DNA of 62,175 bases from Flavobacteriales bacterium (GTDB taxonomy: Bacteria > Bacteroidota > Bacteroidia > NS11-12g > UBA955), in contig NSIB01000001.1 of NCBI GenBank assembly GCA_002737625.1, positions 1 to 62,175 on the forward strand, in the 5' to 3' direction. The stretch's first letter is position 1. Every line of letters begins with the position of its first letter. A program made the position numbers and the translations under genes. Positions 27,711 to 35,758 of this stretch are shown here, piece by piece. Under the pieces are notes generated by a model. That model was given only the letters and a program-made list of their open reading frames with translations, did no database searches and was not told the DNA's origin.

Positions 27711-29060
27711 ATGAAAAAAATATCAATCATTTTTTCGGTAGGTGTTGCAGCGATGATGGGTATGTCATCTTGTAAAAAAGACATAACCGAAATCAATAAA
27801 ACCAACCCGAATCAATTTAGCGATTCTGATCCTACATTGATGATTACAGGAGCTGAATTGGCCAACGTAGTCGTGAATGAAGGGGAAGCCGCTCGATTGG
27901 CTGGGATTTTTGCTGGTCACTTTAACGGATATGACCGTCAGTTTATTTCTTACGCCCAATACAGTATGACATCGGGTGATTTCAATTCACCATGGAGCAA
28001 CGTTTACACCGAAGGCATCGCACAATGTCGTTTGATTGAAGCCAAAGCGGCCAAAGCAAACAACAAATCTTTGTTAGGAGTTGCGATGATCAACGAGGCG
28101 CAGTTGTTGCTTGCAGCATCTGGATTGTGGGGTGATATTCCCGACAAAGAAGCTTGTAACGATGCGATTTCAAATCCTAAATTTGATAAAATGTCGGACG
28201 TAACCAAGCATTGCATTGCAATATTGGATTCGGCAGCCAATCTTACTTCTGGTACTGATTACAGCACAGTTTTCGCTGGCTCATTTGATTGGACTGAGGT
28301 TGCAAACACATTGAAAGCACGTGCTTACTTGCGTTTGGGCGACTATGCTGGTGCATTGGCAGCTGCTAAAAACGGTGTAAGTGCTGGCGCTGATATGTAC
28401 GCCAATCACAGCACTGAATCTCCTGGTGCTTGGAACCTGTATTACGACTTCTTGGATTGGAACCGCGGTGGTTATATCTCTTGCGATGGCGCTCCCATCG
28501 TAGGTATGTTGGATACTGCTTCTAAATCGAGCAAGAACAACCCAAAAACCGACGAAACTGCTCGCTTTGATTACTATTTCTTAGCGGATAACTACACGCC
28601 ATTGGATCCCAATATGAACACTGGAATTTTTGCTCCTACTTCTAACTTCGCGATGGTTTCTTACGTTGAAAACGAATTGATCATGGCTGAATGTTATTTG
28701 CGCGGTGGCGACAATGCCAATGCTTTGTTCCATTTGAACAATGTCCGTAAGGAGCATGATGCAAACTATGGTGGATATAAAGCTTATGTATTGTCGGATT
28801 TTGGTCCAACTGCAATGGTAAAAGGCGCATCAGAAACTTTGGCTTTAGGTCGTGAGATCTTAGTTGAGAAATATGTTTCATTGTTTGGTCAATTGGAGCC
28901 CTTCTGCGACCTTCGCAGAACAAAAAACGCCATAGGTATCACTCCTTACAAAGGAACGCAGTTACCAGGATGTTTCATGGTTCCTCAAGACGAAATCAAT
29001 GCAAACCCAAATGCACCGAGAGGTGGAAGTTTGTTTGATGTGTTGGAATTGTTCAAGTAA
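27711..29060 (+). CDS. SusD/RagB family nutrient-binding outer-membrane lipoprotein
   Basis: 449 aa. Lipobox MGMSSC, TPR-like helical composition, and a position immediately after SusC. Family assigned from context and overall character, not from a strict motif. Confidence 0.75.
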   Translation: MKKISIIFSVGVAAMMGMSSCKKDITEINKTNPNQFSDSDPTLMITGAELANVVVNEGEAARLAGIFAGHFNGYDRQFISYAQYSMTSGDFNSPWSNVYTEGIAQCRLIEAKAAKANNKSLLGVAMINEAQLLLAASGLWGDIPDKEACNDAISNPKFDKMSDVTKHCIAILDSAANLTSGTDYSTVFAGSFDWTEVANTLKARAYLRLGDYAGALAAAKNGVSAGADMYANHSTESPGAWNLYYDFLDWNRGGYISCDGAPIVGMLDTASKSSKNNPKTDETARFDYYFLADNYTPLDPNMNTGIFAPTSNFAMVSYVENELIMAECYLRGGDNANALFHLNNVRKEHDANYGGYKAYVLSDFGPTAMVKGASETLALGREILVEKYVSLFGQLEPFCDLRRTKNAIGITPYKGTQLPGCFMVPQDEINANPNAPRGGSLFDVLELFK

Positions 29061-29081
29061 GATCAACGAGTAAAATTTCAA

Positions 29082-29117
29082 AGGCCCTGGCAACGAAGTT
29101 GCCGGGGCCTTTTTTTG
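29082..29117 (+). terminator. intrinsic terminator after the SusD-like gene
   Basis: AGGCCCTGGCAAC-gaa-GTTGCCGGGGCCT (13-bp stem with one G-U pair) followed by TTTTTTGTTT. Confidence 0.8.
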
Positions 29118-29169
29118 TTTCATAACGACACGGACATTGAAAAATGTTGGCGGAAATGTTGGCCGGGAA

Positions 29170-29196
29170 CAAAAACAGCCAGAGGCTATCTGGCTG
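29170..29196 (-). terminator. intrinsic terminator candidate downstream of tRNA-Lys
   Basis: The minus strand reads CAGCCAGAtagccTCTGGCTGTTTTTGTT: an 8-bp stem plus a T-run. Confidence 0.55.
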
Positions 29197-29225
29197 ATAA
29201 TACATGACTTAATAATCAATTCTAG

Positions 29226-29298
29226 TGATCCCGCTGGGACTCGAACCCAGGACCCATACATTAAAAGTGTATTGCTCTACCAACTGAGCTACAAGATC
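29226..29298 (-). tRNA. tRNA-Lys (anticodon TTT)
   Basis: The minus strand reads GATCTTGTAGCTCAGTTGGTAGAGCAATACACTTTTAATGTATGGGTCCTGGGTTCGAGTCCCAGCGGGATCA. Anticodon stem ATACA/TGTAT with loop CTTTTAA, T stem CTGGG/CCCAG. Confidence 0.92.
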
Positions 29299-29354
29299 AT
29301 TTTCTTTTGCTTGTAATAAAAGGAGGTGCAAAAATACCATTATTCCCTCTAAAA

Positions 29355-30473
29355 TCAAATTATTCCAGAAATTTCTTTCCTGTAAGTGTGATGAACTTTT
29401 GTCTTTACTGCCCCCAAAGATTCCAACATACTGATCATCTTGGGGTTAAAATCGCCCACCCAGGCAAGTTCCATTGTATCCATTTGTTTTGTGACAGCAT
29501 TGCCTTGATGAAACTTAATAATCAATCCTGTTTCAACGCCCAAATTCTGGTGACTTGGCACAATTCCGAATACAATTCCTTTGGCTTTACTGATTTTGCT
29601 ACGATTTAACATAAACTGAATCTTTTGCCACCAACCCATAGAACCCTTGAAATCCTTTAGCACTTGGTTGATTTCTAAAATTGCGATAAAAAAACCAATC
29701 GGCTTATGGTTGTCGTAGGCAAAAATCGCAAACTCTTCTGGCATCGCCGGTTTGATTTCTTTTAATCGTTTATGAAGCGCCTCATACTGCAAAGGCTCAA
29801 AATCGTCGTGAAACGCCCACGCCTCATTGTAAATACTCACAAAGTCTGCGGCAAACTTCTCCAACTGGGCATACCGAAAAAATTCAAATCTGTATCCCGG
29901 CTTACTCATTACCCTTTCTGCAATCTTGGAAAACCTTTCATAATTGAATTCCTTTTCTACGATATCGTAGGTATTCTGCTCGATTTCCAATTTATATCCG
30001 CGCAACAAGAACCACGGATGGTAATATTTTGGATGATAGTTTTCACGATACGAGGTTGGCGTAGTCGCTGAAATCAACAAACCCCAATAACTGTCGCGAT
30101 CACCAAAATTGATGGGTGCGTCGATGCTTAAACAGGTTTCTTCGGTAAGCCATTCTTCGGCGATATCAAACAGGGCATTGGCAACCTCATCATCATTGAT
30201 AGATTCAAAGAACCCTATGCCACCTCTTTTGCCAGATTTGGATTTTACCGTATAGAATGCCGCGATGCGGCCGGCCGAATGGCCGGCCGCATCCACCGCT
30301 ATCCAACGGCGCGCAGCGCCGTTGTGAAACGACTTATTCTTGTTCACATCAAACACCGCTTCCACATCCGATATAATTGGATAAATAAAGTCCTTATCCC
30401 CCGCGTATACCACATCCAAAACACCATGAAACTCCTTAATATCCTTTGCCGATATAACCTCCCTGATCCTCAT
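29355..30473 (-). CDS. uncharacterised GNAT-like acyltransferase family protein
   Basis: 372 aa. Blocks GRIAAFY, GGIGFFES, INFGDRDSYWGLL, HPKYYHPWF and HQNLGVETGL resemble a conserved Bacteroidota family usually annotated as GNAT N-acetyltransferase. This is recalled family resemblance only. Confidence 0.5.
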   Translation of the reverse strand: MRIREVISAKDIKEFHGVLDVVYAGDKDFIYPIISDVEAVFDVNKNKSFHNGAARRWIAVDAAGHSAGRIAAFYTVKSKSGKRGGIGFFESINDDEVANALFDIAEEWLTEETCLSIDAPINFGDRDSYWGLLISATTPTSYRENYHPKYYHPWFLLRGYKLEIEQNTYDIVEKEFNYERFSKIAERVMSKPGYRFEFFRYAQLEKFAADFVSIYNEAWAFHDDFEPLQYEALHKRLKEIKPAMPEEFAIFAYDNHKPIGFFIAILEINQVLKDFKGSMGWWQKIQFMLNRSKISKAKGIVFGIVPSHQNLGVETGLIIKFHQGNAVTKQMDTMELAWVGDFNPKMISMLESLGAVKTKVHHTYRKEISGII

Positions 30474-30475
30474 AA

Positions 30476-31852
30476 TTATTTCTTCTCCAATGATACGAAT
30501 TCGTCGCCCTTTTTGTACAAAGTATGCGTAATAATAAACTGAAACATCTCATCCGACGCCCGCATGCTCGCCCCACCACTATCCCATCGTTCCGAAACCT
30601 GCTTCGGAGGTCGATTTGGATTCCAAGGATTATTCGATGTATTGTCAAACTCCGCCACTGCCACAATCTCAGAACCCGCGGGAATTCTTAACATTGTTTT
30701 AAACGTATAAAAATACTGCCAATTAAAATTCCATCGTAAAATACGAATTAACGGTATTGTATCACCATTGGGCTTCACTGCAAATGCCAAAAACGACTTG
30801 CCCAACATGTGCAAATGCGGATTAATCGTTAGCACCGAAATATCCTCTGGAATCGTAAAGCGCGTGGTGTGCTTGGTAACTTTATTCGCCGGAACCACCA
30901 ATGGCGGGACAATCTTGCTCACTCCATTCGTGCCCAGCATCAATTCAGATAAGACCCTACTCGGTGCAATATCCGTAAAAAACACATTCAACACAGACCG
31001 ATCCACCACCGTTTTATCGGCTGGACCGTAATGCACATCATTCATCACCGCCGCAAAATCCTTTGTCACCTCAAAAGCCCCAATCCCATTTGGATACTCA
31101 ATCCCCTGAACCCCCGGCAAATAGTTAAACGCAGAGTGGATCCTCAACGGCAAACTCCCGTCATCGGCCTGCATCTCTAACCCCGCCGCTAAATCCAAAT
31201 TCATCTCTGAACGCGCCTCCATTTTCCTTCTGGGCCTGCGAGGCATTCGCTTGCTACCCTCTTTATACAATAGCAAATGACCGTTCGCATGATGCACCAA
31301 ACCCGGCTCAGTAGGCACAAATTCCAATGCCGAAATAAACCGCTTCTTGGGAAGCGACACATTGGATAAACTGATGAAAAAGCGATCCAAATCACCTTCA
31401 TGCATCACAACGGAATCAAAAGGAATAACTAAATCAGGCTTTCTTATGTTACTTCTATCAATCGTATTTGGGCGATATACGTATTTCTGACCACCCTCAA
31501 CCGCCCCCTGTTTCACCCATTTCTGTATGATGGCAATGTCGCGGTCCGACAATACCTTCTCGCCCACAAAATGACTATAACTGGGATCCGCTGGCCATGG
31601 TGGCATGATCCTTTTTTGGGTAACCTTGGCAATAGTCTTCGCATGTTTTTTTACCGCAATATAAGTAGCTAAACTAAATGGGGCAGCACCCTGGTCTCTA
31701 TGACAGGGTAAACAATTTTTTTGTAATATCGGAGCAATATCACTGGCAAAGGTGGGATGACTCGGCAAGGAATCCACACTTCCACCATTACCGCAACCAT
31801 TAGTTGAAATAACAACAAATAAAATAATGATATATAAATATTTACATTTCAA
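30476..31852 (-). CDS. lipoprotein with an N-terminal mono-haem cytochrome c-like domain and a PHM/DBH-like copper type II monooxygenase domain
   Basis: TTG start, lipobox STNGC. CLPCH (CxxCH) followed by IMPPWP. Further on come LVHHANGH (HH), DVHYG (H), INPHLHMLG (HxHxxG, compare the PROSITE Cu2-monooxygenase signature H-T-H-x2-G) and SDEMFQF (Met). Confidence 0.6.
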   Translation of the reverse strand: MKCKYLYIIILFVVISTNGCGNGGSVDSLPSHPTFASDIAPILQKNCLPCHRDQGAAPFSLATYIAVKKHAKTIAKVTQKRIMPPWPADPSYSHFVGEKVLSDRDIAIIQKWVKQGAVEGGQKYVYRPNTIDRSNIRKPDLVIPFDSVVMHEGDLDRFFISLSNVSLPKKRFISALEFVPTEPGLVHHANGHLLLYKEGSKRMPRRPRRKMEARSEMNLDLAAGLEMQADDGSLPLRIHSAFNYLPGVQGIEYPNGIGAFEVTKDFAAVMNDVHYGPADKTVVDRSVLNVFFTDIAPSRVLSELMLGTNGVSKIVPPLVVPANKVTKHTTRFTIPEDISVLTINPHLHMLGKSFLAFAVKPNGDTIPLIRILRWNFNWQYFYTFKTMLRIPAGSEIVAVAEFDNTSNNPWNPNRPPKQVSERWDSGGASMRASDEMFQFIITHTLYKKGDEFVSLEKK

Positions 31853-31860
31853 TATATTTA

Positions 31861-32508
31861 TTATTTAATTGAATCAAATGGACCTACAAAGCATCCAACC
31901 GCTTCATTCGATGCCACCGTATTTGGCTTTTCAAGTATAAGATTCGTAAGGACATCAAACAAATAATTTTTTGTGGCGACCCTAGAAACAACACCCAAGC
32001 TCACCGCTCGATCATCAATTTTACCACTGTAAATCTTAGACCGTGTTAGGCAATTGTAAACCACCGCTTGAGGATATACTTTCATCCCAAATCGACCGCA
32101 AATCACCCCGTAATTGTCATGGAAAATTAAATCATCCAAGCCATTAATAGGCCTGCTCCCCACACCAGGATCAAGCAAACAAAACTGGACAGTAACGCCA
32201 AACCTTTTTACCAAATTTTGAATTGTTTTGATATATGACTTGGCGATTGGACATTCATTGGAGTAGGAAATTACACACAAATACTTGTTAGATTCAAATC
32301 TCGATCTAAATTCATCGCAAATTAACAATGAACCCTCTCTTGGTCTACCACATTCATTCGATGCATGGGCATTAGCCTGTGCGGATTGAACCTTTGTCAA
32401 ACTGTTGTTTTGAGTAGTCCCACCCAGTTTACCCTTGTCAAAACACCCGAAAAACACTATAAACAAACTCAGAAAACCGAATAAAATCCTTTTATAATTT
32501 GGCTTCAT
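31861..32508 (-). CDS. thioredoxin-fold (redoxin-like) lipoprotein with a CxxA active-site variant
   Basis: ORF 31861..32571 trimmed to MKPNYKRILFGFLSLFIVFFGC (lipobox, ATG 32508). The longer form overlaps trmH by 43 nt. The stretch LCVISYSNECPIAKSY sits where redoxins carry CxxC. The stop is 8 nt before the next gene's start. Confidence 0.5.
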   Translation of the reverse strand: MKPNYKRILFGFLSLFIVFFGCFDKGKLGGTTQNNSLTKVQSAQANAHASNECGRPREGSLLICDEFRSRFESNKYLCVISYSNECPIAKSYIKTIQNLVKRFGVTVQFCLLDPGVGSRPINGLDDLIFHDNYGVICGRFGMKVYPQAVVYNCLTRSKIYSGKIDDRAVSLGVVSRVATKNYLFDVLTNLILEKPNTVASNEAVGCFVGPFDSIK

Positions 32509-32528
32509 CTGTTTTTTGTGATTAAAAT

Positions 32529-33077
32529 TTAAACCCTTGTCCTGGCATATTCCCAAAGTACCATACCGCAAGATACCGCGATATTAAATGAATGCTTTGT
32601 GCCCAATTGTGGGATTTCAATCACCCCATCGCAAAGCGATATGACTTCCGCGTTGACTCCATCAATTTCATTCCCAAAAACAAAGGCCACCGCCTGATTG
32701 GCGAATACCATATTCTGAAGAAACACAGAGTTTGAAGTCTGCTCGATGGCATAGACCACAAACCCCTGCAACTTCAGGTCTTTCACCGCATCGATGGTAT
32801 GTGCTTGGTAACGCCAACTCACAGAATTCTCAGCGCCGATGGCAGTTTTGGTAATTTCTCGGTGCGGTGGAGTTGCTGTAATGCCGCAAAGTATCATCTT
32901 CTGGCACAAAAACGCATCGCTACTGCGCATCATCGAGCCCACGTTATTCATGCTCCGAACGTTATCCAAAACCACCACAAATGGCCATTTAGCCACCGTT
33001 TTGAATTCCGAAACGCTCAATCGTTGGAGATCGGCACCCACCAATTTTTTCACAAATACAAAGATACTTATTTTCAA
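32529..33077 (-). CDS. TrmH/SpoU family RNA 2'-O-methyltransferase
   Basis: 182 aa. SpoU motifs VVLDNVRSMNNVGSMMRS, FVFGNEIDGV, IEIPQLGTKHSFNIAVSCGMVLWE. Confidence 0.85.
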   Translation of the reverse strand: MKISIFVFVKKLVGADLQRLSVSEFKTVAKWPFVVVLDNVRSMNNVGSMMRSSDAFLCQKMILCGITATPPHREITKTAIGAENSVSWRYQAHTIDAVKDLKLQGFVVYAIEQTSNSVFLQNMVFANQAVAFVFGNEIDGVNAEVISLCDGVIEIPQLGTKHSFNIAVSCGMVLWEYARTRV

Positions 33078-33139
33078 TGGGGAAAAAGGGGGCGTAAATG
33101 TGGAAATCGGGCTGAGAAATGGCTGTAAATTTGGTGTTT

Positions 33140-35758
33140 ATGGCAGGAGGCAATTCAGACAAGGAAACACCGCTCATGAAGCAATATTACACCATCAAGG
33201 CGCAATATCCTGGTGCTATTTTGCTATTTCGAGTGGGTGATTTTTACGAAACATTTAGCGAAGATGCGCGCATCGCCTCAAAAGTGCTTGGCATTGTCCT
33301 CACCAAACGTTCCAACGGGGCGGCATCTGACCAGGATTTGGCGGGCTTCCCATACCATTCCTTAGATAATTACCTTCCCCGACTGGTAAAAGCGGGTTAT
33401 CGGGTTGCAATTTGCGACCAATTGGAAGACCCAAAAAAGACCAAAACCATTGTAAAGCGCGGTGTTACTGAATTGGTTACGCCGGGAGTGAGCTACAACG
33501 ACAAAGTGCTTGAAATCAAGCAGAGCAACTACCTGGTATCTGTACTTGAGCAAAATATGCAGTGGGCGGCTTCCTTTCTCGATATTTCAACCGGTGAATT
33601 CTTGGTTTGTGAAGGCTCATTGATTACAGTAAAAAAGATGATTGATGCGTTTAAACCGTCAGAATGGATACTTCCCAAGCAACAACAACAGACCATTTTC
33701 GAAATCCTTGGTACGCCCGCCTCTTTTCAAACCATCGAGTCTTGGGTCTATGAATCAAGCAACGCCAACGAATCGCTCTGCAGACAATTTAAAACGCAGA
33801 ATCTCAAAGGATTTGGCATTTCTGAAATGCCTTTGGCCATTGGATCTGCCGCCGCAATTCTGCAATACCTTCAATTCACCCACCACACCCATATCGACCA
33901 TATCAATCGCATTTCCCGCATTGACGAAGGGGATTCAGTTTGGATTGATGGATTCACCGCACGAAATCTCGAATTAACACGTCCCATTTATCAAGGGGGT
34001 ACCGCCGTGATAGATGTGATTGATAAAACATGCACCGCCATGGGGGCCAGAATGCTGAGAAACTGGCTGGTATTCCCATTACTCGATCGCCAAGCCATCG
34101 AACACCGCCACCAAAGGGTTGAAGTTTTCATCAACAACCCCTCTGAAACATCGGTTTTTCGCGATACGATGAAACAAATTGGGGACCTCCAGCGATTGGT
34201 ATCTAAAGTTGCCCTGAGAAAAATTGGTCCCCGTGAATGTCTCACACTGGGCTATGGCCTCGATAATTTGGCAGATTGTAAAGTCCTTTTTGAAAATAGT
34301 TCAGACCCTCAATTACAAGCATTGGCCAGCAAAATAGACCCACTGCCAAAACTACAGACCATCATCTCAGACAGAATGCTAGCAGATGCGCCTGCGGTAG
34401 CCGCAAAAGGGGGTATATTCAAATCGCATGTGCATCCTGACTTGCAAGAACTCCGCGACCTAACTACATCGGGCAAAGACAAACTCATCGAAATTCAACA
34501 GGCTGAAATTCAGCGAAGTGGTATCACATCATTAAAAATTGGCTTTAATAATGTTTTTGGATACTACCTAGAGGTTACCAACTCCCACAAAGACAAAGCG
34601 CCCGAAGATTGGATCAGAAAACAAACGCTTACCAATGCCGAGCGCTACATTACGCCAGAACTCAAAATCTATGAAGAGAAAATCCTCAATGCGGAAGACC
34701 TTATTCTTGCGTTAGAATCAGAGCTATGGGAAAAGCTGTTGACTGATATGAGCGAATTCGTTCCGCTACTTCAGCAACAAGCCACTATTTTGGCAGAATT
34801 GGACGTCCTTGTAGGATTCGCACAATTGGCAATGGACTACAACTACTGCAAACCCAACCTGAATGATGGATACGATTTATTGTTGAAAGACTGTCGACAT
34901 CCCGTTATCGAATTCCAACTACCCGCGGGTGAATCGTATATTCCAAACACCATCCAACTAAATAAGGACGAACAGCGCATCGTAATTCTTACCGGTCCTA
35001 ACATGAGTGGTAAGAGCGCCATATTACGACAAACCGCATTGGCTGTAATACTCGCACAAATCGGATGCTACGTACCTTGCAGCGAGGCTCACATTGGAAT
35101 TACTGATAAGATTTACACCCGCGTAGGTGCATCAGACAACATTTCCGTGGGTGAAAGTACGTTTATGGTAGAAATGTCGGAAACCGCCTCCATTCTTAAC
35201 AATTTGAGCGATCGCAGTTTGGTATTACTGGATGAAATTGGACGTGGCACAAGTACCTACGATGGCGTATCATTGGCTTGGAGCATTGCTGAGTACCTAT
35301 ACACCCACCCTTCGGCACCCAAAACGCTGTTTGCAACCCACTATCATGAACTCAATGAATTGGAAAGCAAATGCCCAGGAATCGTCAATTTTCACATTTC
35401 GATCAAGGAACAAGGGGCACAAATTGTCTTTTTGCGCAAACTAACCCTCGGTGGTAGCGAACATAGCTTCGGTATACACGTCGCACAACTTGCAGGGATA
35501 CCCAATGCTGTCCTAATCAGAGCCACAGAGATATTGAATAAACTCGAAGAAGATCGATCCAACTTATCGCCACAAAAAACACTAAAAAACACAAGTACTA
35601 AGCCTGTTTATCAGATGAACATGTTTCAAACCGAGGATCCCAAACTAATCCAAGTCAAGAAACTGCTAGCGAGCATCGATATAAATACGCTTACACCCAT
35701 AGAAGCCTTGCTAAAACTGCAAGCCGTTCAGGGAATTCTCAACGAGAAAATTAATTAA
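33140..35758 (+). CDS. mutS: DNA mismatch repair protein MutS
   Basis: TPLMKQYYTIKAQYPGAILLFRVGDFYE N-terminus, Walker A GPNMSGKS, DEIGRGTSTYDG, THYHEL. I chose the start at ATG 33140; the track start 33119 is also possible. Confidence 0.96.
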   Translation: MAGGNSDKETPLMKQYYTIKAQYPGAILLFRVGDFYETFSEDARIASKVLGIVLTKRSNGAASDQDLAGFPYHSLDNYLPRLVKAGYRVAICDQLEDPKKTKTIVKRGVTELVTPGVSYNDKVLEIKQSNYLVSVLEQNMQWAASFLDISTGEFLVCEGSLITVKKMIDAFKPSEWILPKQQQQTIFEILGTPASFQTIESWVYESSNANESLCRQFKTQNLKGFGISEMPLAIGSAAAILQYLQFTHHTHIDHINRISRIDEGDSVWIDGFTARNLELTRPIYQGGTAVIDVIDKTCTAMGARMLRNWLVFPLLDRQAIEHRHQRVEVFINNPSETSVFRDTMKQIGDLQRLVSKVALRKIGPRECLTLGYGLDNLADCKVLFENSSDPQLQALASKIDPLPKLQTIISDRMLADAPAVAAKGGIFKSHVHPDLQELRDLTTSGKDKLIEIQQAEIQRSGITSLKIGFNNVFGYYLEVTNSHKDKAPEDWIRKQTLTNAERYITPELKIYEEKILNAEDLILALESELWEKLLTDMSEFVPLLQQQATILAELDVLVGFAQLAMDYNYCKPNLNDGYDLLLKDCRHPVIEFQLPAGESYIPNTIQLNKDEQRIVILTGPNMSGKSAILRQTALAVILAQIGCYVPCSEAHIGITDKIYTRVGASDNISVGESTFMVEMSETASILNNLSDRSLVLLDEIGRGTSTYDGVSLAWSIAEYLYTHPSAPKTLFATHYHELNELESKCPGIVNFHISIKEQGAQIVFLRKLTLGGSEHSFGIHVAQLAGIPNAVLIRATEILNKLEEDRSNLSPQKTLKNTSTKPVYQMNMFQTEDPKLIQVKKLLASIDINTLTPIEALLKLQAVQGILNEKIN

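Noticed and set aside
29135-29166. Short direct repeat AAATGTTGGC(G/C)GG x2
   Set aside because: It is a 10-11-nt tandem-like repeat in an intergenic spacer, too short and isolated to interpret.
28962-29609. ORFs 28962..29261 (-) and 29307..29609 (+)
   Set aside because: The first crosses the susD terminator and tRNA-Lys. The second is antisense to the GNAT-like gene.
35755-35758. 4-nt overlap of the convergent mutS and TonB-dependent receptor stop codons (TTAA)
   Set aside because: It is real in the sequence but is a common compaction feature. No structure or extra signal is associated with it.
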